Source: Candidatus Limnocylindrales bacterium
GTDB taxonomy: Bacteria; Chloroflexota; Limnocylindria; Limnocylindrales; CSP1-4
DNA length: 64,000 nucleotides
Assembly (NCBI GenBank): GCA_035308445.1
Contig: DATGGQ010000039.1
Location: 16,875 to 80,874 of the forward strand
Direction of reading: 5' to 3'
The notes under the pieces were generated by a model, which searched no databases, had not been told where the DNA came from, and worked only from the letters and a program-made list of their open reading frames with translations. Position numbers and translations under genes: made by a program. Below are positions 27,009 to 38,656 of this stretch, piece after piece. Each line of letters starts with the position of its first letter. Position 1 is the stretch's first letter.

Positions 27009-27674
27009 GTGATCGTCCTCGGGATCGACCCGGGAACGGCCGCGCTCGGCTACGGCATCGTCGAGCGGCGCGGTGGGCGTCTCCTGATGATCGACACCGG
27101 GGTGCTGTCGACACCATCCAGCGACGCGCTGCCGGACAGGCTCCTCGCCATCCACCGGTTCGTCGCCGAGCTGATCGAGCTGCACCGACCCGACCTGGTC
27201 GCCGTGGAGCGGCTCTTCTTCTCGCGCAACGCCCAGACGGCGTTCGCGGTCGGCCAGGCGCGCGGGGTCGTGCTGCTGGCGGGCGCGGCCGCGCACCTGC
27301 CCGTCCGCGAGGCGACCCCCAACGAGATCAAGACCGCTGTCTCCGGGTACGGCGCGGCCGACAAGGAGCAGGTGGGCCGGATGGTCGCGGTCTGCCTCGG
27401 GCTCAACGCCGCACCCCGACCGGACGATGCGGCCGACGCGCTCGCGGTCGCGATCTGGGCGGCCAACTCCGAGCGCGACCTGAACGGAAACGGTCACGGG
27501 TCGGGCGAAGGCGACGGGAACGGCGCCGGCCGGTCGGGCCTGCTCGACCTGTCGTCGATCGCGCCGGCCCGCGGTGAGTCGGCCTACGAGCGGGCGGTTC
27601 GCGAGGCCCTGGCGAAGGAGAAGCCTGGCGCGAGTCACCGCGCCGGCGGCGGAAAGGCACACTCCGGCCGGTGA
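27009..27674 (+). CDS. ruvC: Holliday junction resolvase RuvC with a Gly/Asn-rich C-terminal extension of about 65 aa
   Basis: ORF 27009..27674 (GTG; [15 protein letters not shown]; [11 protein letters not shown]). Its end overlaps the ruvA start by 4 nt. Confidence 0.9.
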   Translation: MIVLGIDPGTAALGYGIVERRGGRLLMIDTGVLSTPSSDALPDRLLAIHRFVAELIELHRPDLVAVERLFFSRNAQTAFAVGQARGVVLLAGAAAHLPVREATPNEIKTAVSGYGAADKEQVGRMVAVCLGLNAAPRPDDAADALAVAIWAANSERDLNGNGHGSGEGDGNGAGRSGLLDLSSIAPARGESAYERAVREALAKEKPGASHRAGGGKAHSGR

Positions 27675-28288
27675 TCGCCTCGCTCGAAGGCACCGTCGGC
27701 GCGGTCGGGCTCGACTCGCTCGTCGTCGAGGTCGGCGGCGTCGGCTACCGCGTCTTCGCCGCGCCCTCGCTCCTCGTGCTGTCGACCCCCGGGACGCGGA
27801 TCAAGGTCTTCACCCACCACGTCGTCCGCGAGGACGCCCAGCAGCTGTTCGGCTTCCGGACCGTCGAGGAGCTCGGCTTCTTCGGGCTGCTGCTGACGGT
27901 GACCGGCGTCGGCCCGAAGGTCGCGATGGCGATCGTCGGCTCGCGACCGACCGCCGAGCTCCAGCTCGCGATCATGCAGCAGGACATGGCGATGCTCGTC
28001 GCCATCCCGGGGATCGGCAAGAAGCTCGCCGAGCGGGTGATCTTCGAGCTCAAGGAGAAGGTTGCCGCGGCCGGACTGGCGGCCGGCGTCGCCGCGGGCG
28101 GCGCGCCGACAGCGGGCCTCGTCATCGGCGCCGGCACGGAGGACGAGGTCGCCGGCGCGCTGCAGGCGCTCGGCTACTCCCTCGGGGAGGCGCGCGAAGC
28201 CGCCCGCATGGTCATGCGCTCGACCGAGCCCGGGGTCTCGCTGGAGGAACGGGTAAAGGGCGCGCTCCGGCTGCTCGCCAGGGACTGA
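27671..28288 (+). CDS. ruvA: Holliday junction DNA helicase RuvA
   Basis: ORF 27671..28288 (MIASLEGTV...GVGYRV; Hh[13 protein letters not shown]). Confidence 0.9.
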   Translation: MIASLEGTVGAVGLDSLVVEVGGVGYRVFAAPSLLVLSTPGTRIKVFTHHVVREDAQQLFGFRTVEELGFFGLLLTVTGVGPKVAMAIVGSRPTAELQLAIMQQDMAMLVAIPGIGKKLAERVIFELKEKVAAAGLAAGVAAGGAPTAGLVIGAGTEDEVAGALQALGYSLGEAREAARMVMRSTEPGVSLEERVKGALRLLARD

Positions 28289-28328
28289 ACCTCGCTCAAC
28301 GAATCGCGACCACCGAATCGTCCCTGTA

Positions 28329-28365
28329 GAACATCTGTACGAAAGGTCATCGGCGCTGGTAGACT
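28329..28365 (+). promoter_or_regulatory. Candidate internal promoter for ruvB: GAAC-N4-GTAC (near Cheo/SOS box) plus extended -10 TGgTAGACT, 7 nt before ATG
   Basis: GAACATCTGTAC at 28329-28340. TGGTAGACT at 28357-28365, then gccgacg-ATG(28373) with no SD. The 84-nt spacer is conspicuously lower in GC. Confidence 0.35.
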
Positions 28366-28372
28366 GCCGACG

Positions 28373-29443
28373 ATGGCCGACGATGCCTCCCGGATCCTCG
28401 CGGCGGACCTCCACGACGCCGACGTGGTCGTCGAGAGCTCGCTCCGTCCTCGCTCGCTCGACGAGTACATCGGGCAGCAGGAGGTCAAGGCCAACCTCGG
28501 GATCCTGCTGACCGCGGCTCGGGCGAGGGGAGAGGCCGCGGATCACGTCCTCCTGTACGGGCCGCCGGGCCTCGGCAAGACGACGCTCGCGACGATCATC
28601 GCCCGCGAGCTCGGGGTGAACGTCCGGTACACGAGTGGGCCGGCCGTCGAGCGGCCCGGCGACCTCGCGGCCGTGCTGACGAGCCTCGATGAGCACGACG
28701 TCCTGTTCATCGACGAGATCCATCGCCTGAACCGGGCGGTCGAGGAGATCCTGTACCCGGCGATGGAGGACTACGCCCTCGACGTGATGATCGGCAAGGG
28801 CCCGTCGGCCCGCAGCCTTCGGCTCAGCCTGAAGCCGTTCACGGTCGTCGGCGCGACGACCCGCGCGGGCCGCATCTCGTCGCCGCTGCGGGACCGCTTC
28901 GGCGCCACGTACCGCCTGGACTTCTACGAGGAGCCCGAGCTCACCGAGATCGTCGAGCGGTCGGCCGGCATCCTCGGCGTCGAGGTCGAGCACGACGCGG
29001 CCCTGGCGATCGCGCGGCGCGGCCGCGGCACGCCCCGGATCGTGAACCGGCTCCTCAAGCGGGTCCGCGATCATGCGGAGGTCCACGGCGATGGCCGGGT
29101 CACCGTGCCGGCCGCCATCGAGGCGATGCGCCTCCTCGAGATCGACGACGCCGGCCTTGATTCGACCGATCGGAAGCTCCTGGCCGCGATCGTCCAGAAG
29201 TTCGGGTCCGGGCCGGTCGGCGTCGCCGCGCTGGCAGCCGTCCTCAGCGAGGAGGTCGAGACGATCGAGGACGTCTACGAGCCGTACCTGCTGCGGCTCG
29301 GGTTCCTCGACCGGACGCCATCGGGTCGCATCGCGACCGAGCTGGCCCGGAACCACCTCACGAGCCTCGGCTACGAGATCCCGCCGCCCCGTCGCTCGGA
29401 GCCCGAGATCGTGCCCCTCTGGGACGACGGCCGGAGCCGGTGA
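28373..29443 (+). CDS. ruvB: Holliday junction DNA helicase RuvB
   Basis: ORF 28373..29443 (Walker [12 protein letters not shown]; DEIHRL). Confidence 0.95.
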   Translation: MADDASRILAADLHDADVVVESSLRPRSLDEYIGQQEVKANLGILLTAARARGEAADHVLLYGPPGLGKTTLATIIARELGVNVRYTSGPAVERPGDLAAVLTSLDEHDVLFIDEIHRLNRAVEEILYPAMEDYALDVMIGKGPSARSLRLSLKPFTVVGATTRAGRISSPLRDRFGATYRLDFYEEPELTEIVERSAGILGVEVEHDAALAIARRGRGTPRIVNRLLKRVRDHAEVHGDGRVTVPAAIEAMRLLEIDDAGLDSTDRKLLAAIVQKFGSGPVGVAALAAVLSEEVETIEDVYEPYLLRLGFLDRTPSGRIATELARNHLTSLGYEIPPPRRSEPEIVPLWDDGRSR

Positions 29444-30639
29444 TCGACGCTCCGACGCGCTCGCCGGCCTCGTTCGCCGTCACCGCGACCGCTCCGGGCA
29501 CGCGCGCTCGCGCGGGCCGGCTGAGCCTGCCGCACGGGGAGGTGGAGACGCCCCAGTTCATGCCGGTCGGCACGAACGCGACGGTCAAGGCGCTCGACCC
29601 AGACGACCTGGTCGCGTCGGGCGCCACGATCATCCTCGCCAACACCTATCACCTGTACCTCCGGCCCGGCCACGATCGGATCGGCCGGCTCGGCGGGCTC
29701 CACCGGTTCATGGCCTGGGACCGGCCAATCCTCACGGATTCGGGCGGCTTCCAGGTGGTCTCGCTGGGCGACCTGCGCGAGGTGGACGATGACGGCGTCA
29801 CGTTCCGCAGCCACCTCGACGGATCGACGCATCGGCTGACCCCGGAGGGCTCGATCGCCATCCAGGAGGCGCTCGGCGCGGACGTCGCCGTCGCGCTCGA
29901 TCAGCCCGTCTTCCCGACCTCGGCGCGGGACGTCGTCGAGGAGGCGACGGACCGCACCCACCGGTGGGCAGAGCGGTCGCTCGGCGCCCACCGGCGCGAG
30001 GACCAGGCGCTGTTCGGGATCGTCCAGGGCGGCCTCGACCCCGAGCTGCGCGAACGCTCCACGCGGTTCATCGCGAGCCTGCCGTTCGACGGCATCTGCA
30101 TCGGCGGGCTGGCCGGCGACGAGACCGCGATCCAGCGGGCCGAAACGCTCGATGTCGTCGTGCCCATGCTGGCCGATGATCCGCGCCCGCGCTACCTCAT
30201 GGGCCTCGGCTCGCCGGGCGACCTGCTCGACGCCGTCGACCACGGTGTCGATCTCTTCGACTCGGTGCTGCCCTCGAGGGTCGCCCGGACCGGCCAGGTC
30301 TGGATTCCCGGGGCCCGCCTGAATCTCCGCAACGCGGCGTTCCTCGACGATCCACGCCCGATCCAGGACGACTGCCCGTGCCTTGCCTGCCGGCGGTTCT
30401 CGCGGGCCTACATCGCCCATCTCTTCCGGGCGAGGGAGCTCCTCGCCTACCGCCTCGCGACGCGTCACAACCTCACCTTCACGCTAGACTTCATGGCCAG
30501 GATCCGAGCCGCGATCGGGGCCGGGACCTTCTCCGAATCGCTCGCCGAGCTGCGCCTGCGCGCGGATCGGGGCGGGTCGGGAAGCGATGCCGAAACCGGC
30601 TCGAACGACGCCGGTGAAGCGACAGGTGATCCGGCGTGA
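29440..30639 (+). CDS. tgt: Queuine tRNA-ribosyltransferase
   Basis: ORF 29440..30639. GTG overlaps the ruvB stop (GTGA). Motifs: [17 protein letters not shown], and the Zn site [17 protein letters not shown]. Confidence 0.95.
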   Translation: MIDAPTRSPASFAVTATAPGTRARAGRLSLPHGEVETPQFMPVGTNATVKALDPDDLVASGATIILANTYHLYLRPGHDRIGRLGGLHRFMAWDRPILTDSGGFQVVSLGDLREVDDDGVTFRSHLDGSTHRLTPEGSIAIQEALGADVAVALDQPVFPTSARDVVEEATDRTHRWAERSLGAHRREDQALFGIVQGGLDPELRERSTRFIASLPFDGICIGGLAGDETAIQRAETLDVVVPMLADDPRPRYLMGLGSPGDLLDAVDHGVDLFDSVLPSRVARTGQVWIPGARLNLRNAAFLDDPRPIQDDCPCLACRRFSRAYIAHLFRARELLAYRLATRHNLTFTLDFMARIRAAIGAGTFSESLAELRLRADRGGSGSDAETGSNDAGEATGDPA

Positions 30640-30681
30640 AGCGGTCACCGCTACGGTTGGGAAAGCGCGGAGGAACCCTCG

Positions 30682-30843
30682 ATGGGCTCTCGAGATCGAC
30701 CTCATCGCGAAGCCAAGAAGAAGCCGAAGGACCGATCCGGCGCGCCGAAGGTCCAGCCGCTCGCGGAGCCGCCGATGAACGTCGAGCTCATCAAGAAGCC
30801 CCGCAAGCCGCGCTGGGAGGACGAGGAGCGCGAGGAGTCCTGA
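30682..30843 (+). CDS. Candidate 53-aa highly charged (Lys/Arg/Glu) small protein upstream of recA
   Basis: GGAGGAA (30670-30676) is followed by a 5-nt spacer and ATG 30682. The product is [53 protein letters not shown], ending at TGA 30841-30843. It is not in the ORF track (<60 aa). An internal ATG 30775 with GGAG 6 nt upstream is an alternative start. Confidence 0.4.
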   Translation: MGSRDRPHREAKKKPKDRSGAPKVQPLAEPPMNVELIKKPRKPRWEDEEREES

Positions 30844-30868
30844 CGGGCCGGATGGAGGTCACGCGACG

Positions 30869-31930
<1,062 letters not shown>

Positions 31931-31954
31931 CAGGGCCGGGTCGAACCGATCCAG

Positions 31955-32488
31955 GTGGCCGCGACCCAGCGACGGCGCGAGCTCCCCGCCGCCAGGCGCG
32001 AGCGGCTGTCGCAGGTCGACGATCCGCAGGTCGTGCTCGACGCGGCACTCCGGTTCCTCGAGAGCCGTCAGCGGTCGGTCGATGAGGTCCGCCGGCGACT
32101 CACCACGGCCGGCTACCGCCCGGAGCTGGTCGCCGGCGCGATCGAGCGGCTGCTGGGGCTTGGCGTCCTTGATGACGCGGCATTCACGGCCGCCTGGGTC
32201 GAGTCGCGCGACCGGGCGCGGCCACGCGGCGAGCGCGCCCTGCGCCGGGAGCTGCTGCTGAAAGGTGTCGATCGCGGGCAGGTCGACGACGCGCTCGCTG
32301 CCCGGAGGCCGGAACCCGGCGCCGACGACGATCCCGATGTCGCGGCCGCGCGGCGACTGCTGGAGCGGCATGCGCGGACGCTCGACCGGATCGTGGATCC
32401 GCGGGACCGTCGACAGCGCGCCTACGCGCTCCTGGCGCGGAACGGCTTCGACCTCGATCTCGCCGCCGCGCTGTCCCGAGAGGGCTGA
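31955..32488 (+). CDS. recX: Recombination regulator RecX
   Basis: ORF 31955..32488 (GTG). Three-helix repeat pattern; the RSVDEVRRRL and LDDAAFTAAWVESR motifs are typical of RecX. It lies immediately after recA. Confidence 0.85.
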   Translation: MAATQRRRELPAARRERLSQVDDPQVVLDAALRFLESRQRSVDEVRRRLTTAGYRPELVAGAIERLLGLGVLDDAAFTAAWVESRDRARPRGERALRRELLLKGVDRGQVDDALAARRPEPGADDDPDVAAARRLLERHARTLDRIVDPRDRRQRAYALLARNGFDLDLAAALSREG

Positions 32489-32553
32489 CGTCGCCATCGC
32501 GGAGGGCTATCGTCCGGGTGCCGGGAGTCGGTCAGTTCGAGGAGGCGGGTCCG

Positions 32554-32955
32554 ATGCCGTTCCTGTCGCGCTTCTGGGCGTCCCTCAGCATGGGCGAGCG
32601 ACTCGCCGTGGGCGGGGCGCTGTTCCTGCTCGTGATCTGCGACTGGATCCTGGGAGATCTGCTGCGGATCAGCGGCCTGGCCATCACCCAGGAGCTCGGG
32701 GCCGCGGAGATCGTGCTGCTCGCCCTCATCCGCCACGCCCGGCCCGGCATTGCCTGGCCGCTGCCCTACGCGGTCCTGCTCGCCGGCTTCTCGGTCCTCA
32801 TCGTCATCCCGACGATCTCGGACTTCCTCGGCACGCTCGGCGACCTCGGCCAGCTGGCCGGCGGCACGAACGTCCTCGGCGACGTCCTCGTCTGGCTCGG
32901 CGCGGCCGCGGTCGCCTACGGCGCGTACCTCGTCTGGAAGACCGAGCCCGCGTAA
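32554..32955 (+). CDS. Hypothetical membrane protein
   Basis: ORF 32518..32955 trimmed to ATG 32554, with GAGGAGG 8 nt upstream. Three to four hydrophobic segments. Confidence 0.55.
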   Translation: MPFLSRFWASLSMGERLAVGGALFLLVICDWILGDLLRISGLAITQELGAAEIVLLALIRHARPGIAWPLPYAVLLAGFSVLIVIPTISDFLGTLGDLGQLAGGTNVLGDVLVWLGAAAVAYGAYLVWKTEPA

Positions 32956-32999
32956 CGGTTGGGGCTGGGCCGGACCGCCGGCTCGGCCGGAGCTCCGGC

Positions 33000-34283
33000 T
33001 CAGCCGGCCCAGGCCTCGACGAGGGCGCGGGCGTCGCGCTCGAGGCCGACGAGGTTCGCCGAGCCCATGTCGACGAGGTACGGGGTGCCGATGAACGACA
33101 GGCCGGGAACGGGCGTCCGCCCGCCGTCCTGGATCGGCAGCCCGACGTCGTCGAGCGCGGGCAGCTCGATCCAGTCGAATCGAGGTCGGTAGCCGCTGGT
33201 CCAGAGGATCGTCGAGATGCCCTCGGCGGCGAGATCGAGCTCGAGGACCTCCGGGGGCTCGTAGGCGACCTGCGCCAGCTCATCGTTCGGGAGGTCGAGC
33301 CCGGCCAGGGTGGCGTATCGATCGAAGATCGGCTGCAGCCGGTTCTCGAACGCGGAGTCGGCGAAGGCGAGATTCGAGGCAAGGTCGGGGGCGAGCCGGA
33401 CGCGCGTGCCCGCAGCGTCGGCGACCCGACCGACCACCCGCATCCCGTCGCGGGCCATCGCCCGGAGGTTCGTGTCGTGGCCGCCGTCATGACCCGACAG
33501 GTGCGGGTTGCAGGCAAACCGGGCGCGCGCGTCGGGGAGCGTCGCCGGAGATGGCAGGCCGACGCCGAAGGCGGCGCCCCGCGTGGCGACCTCGCGCAGC
33601 CACCAGAACACGTCCCGGTCGCGGTAGCGCCGCGGCGCCCGCCCGCACCGTCCCGTGGCCATCGTGACGGACCGATCGGCCGCGACCAGCTCCTCGGCGA
33701 GCTGGACCCCCGACTGGCCGCTGCCGACGATGAGGACGTCACCAGGCGGCAGCGCCTCGGGACGTCGGTAGTCGTGGACGTGGACCTGGGCGATCGACGG
33801 ATCGATGGCGGCGGCGAACGACGGCACGTGCGGGACCTGGAACGGACCGCCGGCGACGACGACGTGACGGGCGTCGAGCCGGCCGCGGTTGGTCGTGACG
33901 CGGAATCGCGCCGCCCGGCTGTCGCCCAGCGGCTCGAGCCGTGTGACGTCGGTGCCGAGCTCGACGGGTGCCGAGATCGCCGCGGCGTAGTCGCGCCAGT
34001 GGGCGATCAGCTCGTCCTTCGCCATGAACCCGTCGAGCTCGGAGCCCCGATACGGGAAGCCCTCGACCGTGGTCGTCCAGTTCGGCGACACGAGCTGGAA
34101 CGCGTCCCAGCGGTCCTGCCAGCCGCCGCCCAGCGTCTCGCGCCGCTCGAGCAGCACGTGCTCGACGCCGGCCTGCGCCAGCAGCCCGCTGACGATGAGC
34201 CCGGCCTGGCCGGCGCCGACGATCGCGGTGTCGACCGATCGCGTCACGGGCGGACCGTAGCCGGACGGAGGTCCGAGGCGCAA
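33000..34283 (-). CDS. FAD-dependent oxidoreductase / flavin-containing monooxygenase-like (CzcO-type)
   Basis: ORF 33000..34283 (TTG start; alternative GTG 34247 giving VTRSVDTAIVGAGQAG). Two dinucleotide-binding motifs, GAGQAG and GSGQSG. Confidence 0.8.
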   Translation of the reverse strand: MRLGPPSGYGPPVTRSVDTAIVGAGQAGLIVSGLLAQAGVEHVLLERRETLGGGWQDRWDAFQLVSPNWTTTVEGFPYRGSELDGFMAKDELIAHWRDYAAAISAPVELGTDVTRLEPLGDSRAARFRVTTNRGRLDARHVVVAGGPFQVPHVPSFAAAIDPSIAQVHVHDYRRPEALPPGDVLIVGSGQSGVQLAEELVAADRSVTMATGRCGRAPRRYRDRDVFWWLREVATRGAAFGVGLPSPATLPDARARFACNPHLSGHDGGHDTNLRAMARDGMRVVGRVADAAGTRVRLAPDLASNLAFADSAFENRLQPIFDRYATLAGLDLPNDELAQVAYEPPEVLELDLAAEGISTILWTSGYRPRFDWIELPALDDVGLPIQDGGRTPVPGLSFIGTPYLVDMGSANLVGLERDARALVEAWAG

Positions 34284-34399
34284 ATCGGCGCGGGTAGTAG
34301 GCTACGCGGTGAGTCCGGGTGGCCCCCGACAACAGCCTCCCGTACCCGCACCGAATGTGACGCGTCCGGCCCCGAGGGAGGCCGGATGGGAGGACGAAG

Positions 34400-35932
34400 A
34401 TGGACCAAGTCGCCGTCGCCGTATTGGCGCTGGTCGGCGGTCTCGTCGTTGGCGCGGCCGTTGGTTTCGTGGGCCGCAGCCGATGGGCGAGCCAGTCGGT
34501 CAAGGTTGCGCAGGAGAAGGCCGGCCGGATCGTCGCGGATGCGCGAGCCCAGCAGAAGGACCTGATCCTCGAGGCCAAGGAAGAGAAGATCCGGCTCCAG
34601 CGCGAGGCCGAGGAAGAGGCCCGGGCGCGACGGAACGAGTCCGCCGCGCTGGAGCGCCGGCTCCTCGCCCGGGACGAGCAGCTCGACCAGCGGGCCGACA
34701 TGCTCGAGCAGCGAGATCGCAAGCTCCTCGAGCGCGAGCTCGACCTCGATCGCCAGCGCGAGGAGCTCGGCAAGCTGAACGCCGAGCGGGTCACCGCCCT
34801 CGAGCAGGTGAGCGGGATGTCCGCCGATGATGCCAAGAGCGTGCTGCTCGAGGCGATCCGTGAAGAGGCGGAGCACGACGCCGTCAAGCTCGCCCGCTCG
34901 ATCGAGCGTCGCGCCCGCGAGGAGGCCAACGACAAGGCCCGCGACATCATCCTGACGGCGATGCAGCGCGTCGCCGCGGATCACACGGCCGAGCACACCG
35001 TGTCCGTCGTCCATCTCCCGAATGACGAGATGAAGGGCCGGATCATCGGCCGCGAGGGCCGCAACATCCGGGCCCTCGAGCAGGCCACGGGGATCGACCT
35101 GATCATCGACGACACGCCCGAGACCGTGGTGCTGTCCGGGTTCGACCCGGTCCGCCGCGAGGTTGCTCGGATCGCCCTCACGAAGCTCATGGGCGATGGC
35201 CGCATCCACCCGGGCCGGATCGAGGAGGTCGTCGCGAAGGCGCGGGCCGAGGTCGAGCTGATCATCCGTCAGGCCGGCGAGCAGGCCGCCTATGACGCCG
35301 GCGTGCCGGGCCTGCCGCCCGACATCCTGAAGCTCCTCGGACGGCTCAAGTACCGGACCTCGTACGGCCAGAACGTGCTCGTCCACTCGATCGAGACGAG
35401 CTTCCTCGCCGCGACCATCGCCTCGGAGACCGGGGCCGACGTCATGGCCGCGAAGACCGGCGGGCTGCTCCACGACATCGGCAAGGCGGTCGATCACGAG
35501 GTCGAGGGACCGCACGCCGCGATCGGGGCGCAGATCGCCCAGAAGCACGAGCTGCCCTTCAAGGTCGTCAACTGCATCGCCGCCCATCACCAGGAGGTCG
35601 AGTACGCCTGCACAGAGGCGCCGATCGTCCAGGTCGCCGACGCGATCAGCGCGTCGAGGCCGGGCGCCCGAGGCGAGACGATGGAGACGTACGTGAAGCG
35701 CCTCGAGGATCTGCAGGCGATCGCGGAGAGCTTCGGCGGGGTCGAGAAGTCGTTCGCCGTCCAGGCCGGACGCGAGGTCCGGATCCTGGTCCGACCCGAG
35801 GAGATCGACGACCTCTCCGCCACGCGGCTCGCTCGCGACATCGTCAAGAAGATCGAGGAGCAGCTGACCTACCCGGGCCAGATCAAGGTCACGGTCATTC
35901 GCGAGACGCGCGCGGTCGAGTACGCCAAGTAG
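34400..35932 (+). CDS. rny: Ribonuclease Y
   Basis: ORF 34400..35932 with GGAGGA 6 nt upstream. N-terminal TM segment, coiled coil, KH ([12 protein letters not shown]) and HD (LLHDIGKA) domains. Confidence 0.92.
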   Translation: MDQVAVAVLALVGGLVVGAAVGFVGRSRWASQSVKVAQEKAGRIVADARAQQKDLILEAKEEKIRLQREAEEEARARRNESAALERRLLARDEQLDQRADMLEQRDRKLLERELDLDRQREELGKLNAERVTALEQVSGMSADDAKSVLLEAIREEAEHDAVKLARSIERRAREEANDKARDIILTAMQRVAADHTAEHTVSVVHLPNDEMKGRIIGREGRNIRALEQATGIDLIIDDTPETVVLSGFDPVRREVARIALTKLMGDGRIHPGRIEEVVAKARAEVELIIRQAGEQAAYDAGVPGLPPDILKLLGRLKYRTSYGQNVLVHSIETSFLAATIASETGADVMAAKTGGLLHDIGKAVDHEVEGPHAAIGAQIAQKHELPFKVVNCIAAHHQEVEYACTEAPIVQVADAISASRPGARGETMETYVKRLEDLQAIAESFGGVEKSFAVQAGREVRILVRPEEIDDLSATRLARDIVKKIEEQLTYPGQIKVTVIRETRAVEYAK

Positions 35933-35960
35933 CCCGGACCCCGCGGCCCGGGGGGCGCGG

Positions 35961-36788
35961 ATGCGGCTCGTGCCTGCCCGCGACGGGGTCCGGCTTGCGG
36001 TCACTGAGGCCGGCTCGGGACCGCCGATCGTCTTCGTCCACGAGTTCGGTGGCGACTCGACGAGCTGGGACGGCCAGGTCGCAGCGTTCGTCGACCGCTA
36101 TCGGTGCGTCACGTTCAACGCCCGCGGGTACCCGCCGTCGGACGTGCCCGAGGACGTCGACGCGTACTCGCAGTGGCACGCGCGGGACGACGTGCTCGCC
36201 GTGCTCGACGGACTCGGGATCGTGCGGACGGCGCTCGTCGGCCTGTCGATGGGCGCCTTCTCGTCGCTGCACGTCGCCCTCGCGGCGCCCGAGCGGGTGG
36301 CTGCCATCGTGATCGCCGGGATCGGCTACGGGGCTCCACCCGCCGGGCGGGAGCGGTTCCAGGCCGAGATGCGGGCCAACGCGGAGGCGATCGAGCGCGA
36401 CGGGATCGCGGCATTCGCCGAGACCTACGGCCGCACGCCGGCGCGGGCCCTCCTGGCGCGGAAGGATCCGACCGCATACGCGGCGCAGCACGCCCGGCTG
36501 GCGGCCCACTCGGCGCTCGGTTCGGCCAACACGATGCGCGGCGTCCAGGGCCGGCGACCGTCGCTGTACGACTTCGAGGACTCGCTTCGGGACCTTCGCG
36601 TGCCGACGCTCATCGTCGGCGGCGAGGCCGACGAGGCTGCCCTCGAGGCGACCCGGATGCTGGCCGCCACGATCCCCGGGAGCCGCCTCGAGCTCCTGCC
36701 GGCGACGGGCCACCTGATCAACCTCGAGGAGCCCGCCCGCTTCGATGCGCTCGTCGGGTCCTTCCTCGATGAGGTTGGCTGGCGCTAG
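35961..36788 (+). CDS. Alpha/beta-fold hydrolase
   Basis: ORF 35961..36788 (HEFGGD oxyanion region; nucleophile elbow GLSMGA). Confidence 0.8.
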   Translation: MRLVPARDGVRLAVTEAGSGPPIVFVHEFGGDSTSWDGQVAAFVDRYRCVTFNARGYPPSDVPEDVDAYSQWHARDDVLAVLDGLGIVRTALVGLSMGAFSSLHVALAAPERVAAIVIAGIGYGAPPAGRERFQAEMRANAEAIERDGIAAFAETYGRTPARALLARKDPTAYAAQHARLAAHSALGSANTMRGVQGRRPSLYDFEDSLRDLRVPTLIVGGEADEAALEATRMLAATIPGSRLELLPATGHLINLEEPARFDALVGSFLDEVGWR

Positions 36789-36810
36789 TCGGCCAGGCCG
36801 GCGACGGTGC

Positions 36811-36816
36811 TAGCCT
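36811..36816 (+). promoter_or_regulatory. Extended -10-like TGcTAGCCT 8 nt before the ymdB ATG (leaderless candidate)
   Basis: gTGcTAGCCT-cgctcggc-ATG(36825) with no SD. Confidence 0.4.
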
Positions 36817-36824
36817 CGCTCGGC

Positions 36825-37691
36825 ATGTCCGATCAGCTGGCGGGCCGGGTTCGGCTCGGCAACCCGCCCAACAGCGGGACTCCACGCCCGGATGGCGCGT
36901 GCCGGATCCTGATGATCGGCGATGTCATCGGCAAGCCCGGCCGGCAGGCCGTCGAGGCCATCGTCCCGGACCTCCGCGGCGAGCGAGCCATCGACTTCGT
37001 GACCGCCAACGGCGAGAACCTCGCGGGCGGGATGGGCCTGACGGTGTCGGTCGCCGAGGCGCTCTTCGCCCATGGCGTCGACGTCATCACGTCGGGCAAC
37101 CACATCTGGGACAAGCGCGAGATCTACGACTACCTCGAGTCGAGCGAGCGCGTCCTGCGGCCGCTGAACTACGGCACGACCGGCGTGCCCGGGCGAGGCT
37201 GGGGCATCTACGAGGCGCTCGACGGGACGCATCTCGCGGTCCTGAACCTCCAGGGCCGGACCTACATGCAGCCGATCGACAGCCCCTTCACGGACGTCGA
37301 TCGGCTCCTCGACGAGTCGTCCGAAGCGTTGCCACCGGTTCGGGTCGTCGACTTCCACTGCGAGGTCACGTCCGAGAAGAACGCCTTCGGGCTGCACCTC
37401 GACGGGCGCGTCTCGGCGGTCGTCGGCACGCATACCCACGTGGTGACGGGCGACGAGCGGATCCTGCCGAAGGGCACGGCCTTCCAGAGCGACATCGGGA
37501 TGACGGGCCCGATCTGGAGCGTCATCGGCTTCACGCCGGCGTCCGTCCTGCCGCGCTTCCTGAACGGGCTGCCGACGCGCTTCGAGGTCGGTGAGGGTGC
37601 GGTCGTCTTCAACGCGACCCAGATCGACGTCGATCCGGCCACGGGGCGGGCGCTCGCGATCGAGCGGGTTCAGCGCCTGTGGGAGGCGTAG
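36825..37691 (+). CDS. ymdB: YmdB-family metallophosphoesterase (2',3'-cyclic-nucleotide phosphodiesterase, TIGR00282-like)
   Basis: ORF 36807..37691 trimmed to ATG 36825. Motifs: ILMIGDVIGKPGR, ANGENLAGGMG, TSGNHIWD, DFHCEVTSEK, GTHTHV. Confidence 0.88.
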   Translation: MSDQLAGRVRLGNPPNSGTPRPDGACRILMIGDVIGKPGRQAVEAIVPDLRGERAIDFVTANGENLAGGMGLTVSVAEALFAHGVDVITSGNHIWDKREIYDYLESSERVLRPLNYGTTGVPGRGWGIYEALDGTHLAVLNLQGRTYMQPIDSPFTDVDRLLDESSEALPPVRVVDFHCEVTSEKNAFGLHLDGRVSAVVGTHTHVVTGDERILPKGTAFQSDIGMTGPIWSVIGFTPASVLPRFLNGLPTRFEVGEGAVVFNATQIDVDPATGRALAIERVQRLWEA

Positions 37692-38656
37692 TGCGGGAGC
37701 CCGCGACTCCGCCCGCGTATCGCACAGCGACCGACGCGAGCCAGGAGCGCCACGAGTGGGCGCGCGGCCCGATGGTCGTGCCGCCCGGTCCCTCGCCAAT
37801 CGACCTCCATACGCACACACTGCGATCCGACGGGATCCTGACGCCCGAGGCCCTCGTCGGCCAGGCCGCGGCCGTCGGGGTGCGGCTCCTCTCGATCACC
37901 GACCACGACACGCTGGCCGGCGTCCGGGAGCTCCGGCGGTCCGGCCTGCCGGCCGGTCTTGAACTGCTGCCGGGGGTCGAGATCAACGCCGTCGCGGGCG
38001 ATCGGGCGGACCTTCGCGACGAGGAGATCCACGTCCTGGGGATCGGCGTCGACGCGGACGACGACGCGTTCGAGGCCGTGCTGGCCGCCCAGCGCGACTC
38101 GCGCCGCCAGCGGTTCGACCGGATGGTCGATCGCCTCCGCGAGCTCGAGCTGCCGATCGACCGGGAGCTCGAGGATCAGCCCGCGACAGACGACGAGCAC
38201 GCGCTCGGGCGGCCACGGGTCGCTCGGGCGATGATGCAGTGCGGCTACGTGACCAGCCTCGACGACGCATTCAACCGCTACCTGTCGCGGGGCCGGCCGG
38301 CCTATGTGCCGCGTGACGGCATCGGCCCGATCGAGGCCATCCGGATCATCTCGGCGGCGCGCGGGGTGCCGGTCCTGGCCCACTTCGCCGAGGCCCCGCG
38401 GCGGATGGACGTGATCCGCGAGCTCATGGCGGCGGGCCTCCGCGGGCTCGAGGTCTTCTACCGGACGTACGATCAGGGGACCGTGGAGATCCTCCGATCG
38501 ATCGCCGTGAACCTGCGACTCGTGGCCACGGGTGGCAGCGACTATCACGGCGATCGCGAGACGTACGCCCAGGCGCACGCCCAGCTCTGGGTTCCGCCGG
38601 CCGTCGAGGCGCCGCTGCGGGCGGCAATGGCCACGGCGGCCGAGGCCGCCGCGTGA
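37691..38656 (+). CDS. PHP-domain phosphoesterase (TrpH/YciV-like)
   Basis: ORF 37679..38656. GTG 37691 overlaps the ymdB stop (TAGTG) and follows GGGAGG. Alternative start ATG 37772. Motifs IDLHTHTLRSDG and ITDHDT. Confidence 0.8.
   Translation: MREPATPPAYRTATDASQERHEWARGPMVVPPGPSPIDLHTHTLRSDGILTPEALVGQAAAVGVRLLSITDHDTLAGVRELRRSGLPAGLELLPGVEINAVAGDRADLRDEEIHVLGIGVDADDDAFEAVLAAQRDSRRQRFDRMVDRLRELELPIDRELEDQPATDDEHALGRPRVARAMMQCGYVTSLDDAFNRYLSRGRPAYVPRDGIGPIEAIRIISAARGVPVLAHFAEAPRRMDVIRELMAAGLRGLEVFYRTYDQGTVEILRSIAVNLRLVATGGSDYHGDRETYAQAHAQLWVPPAVEAPLRAAMATAAEAAA

Noticed and set aside
30640-30868. LexA/SOS box (GAAC-N4-GTTC) upstream of recA
   Set aside because: No match with at most one mismatch was seen between tgt and recA or upstream of ruvC. 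Only the ruvA-ruvB spacer has a near-match.
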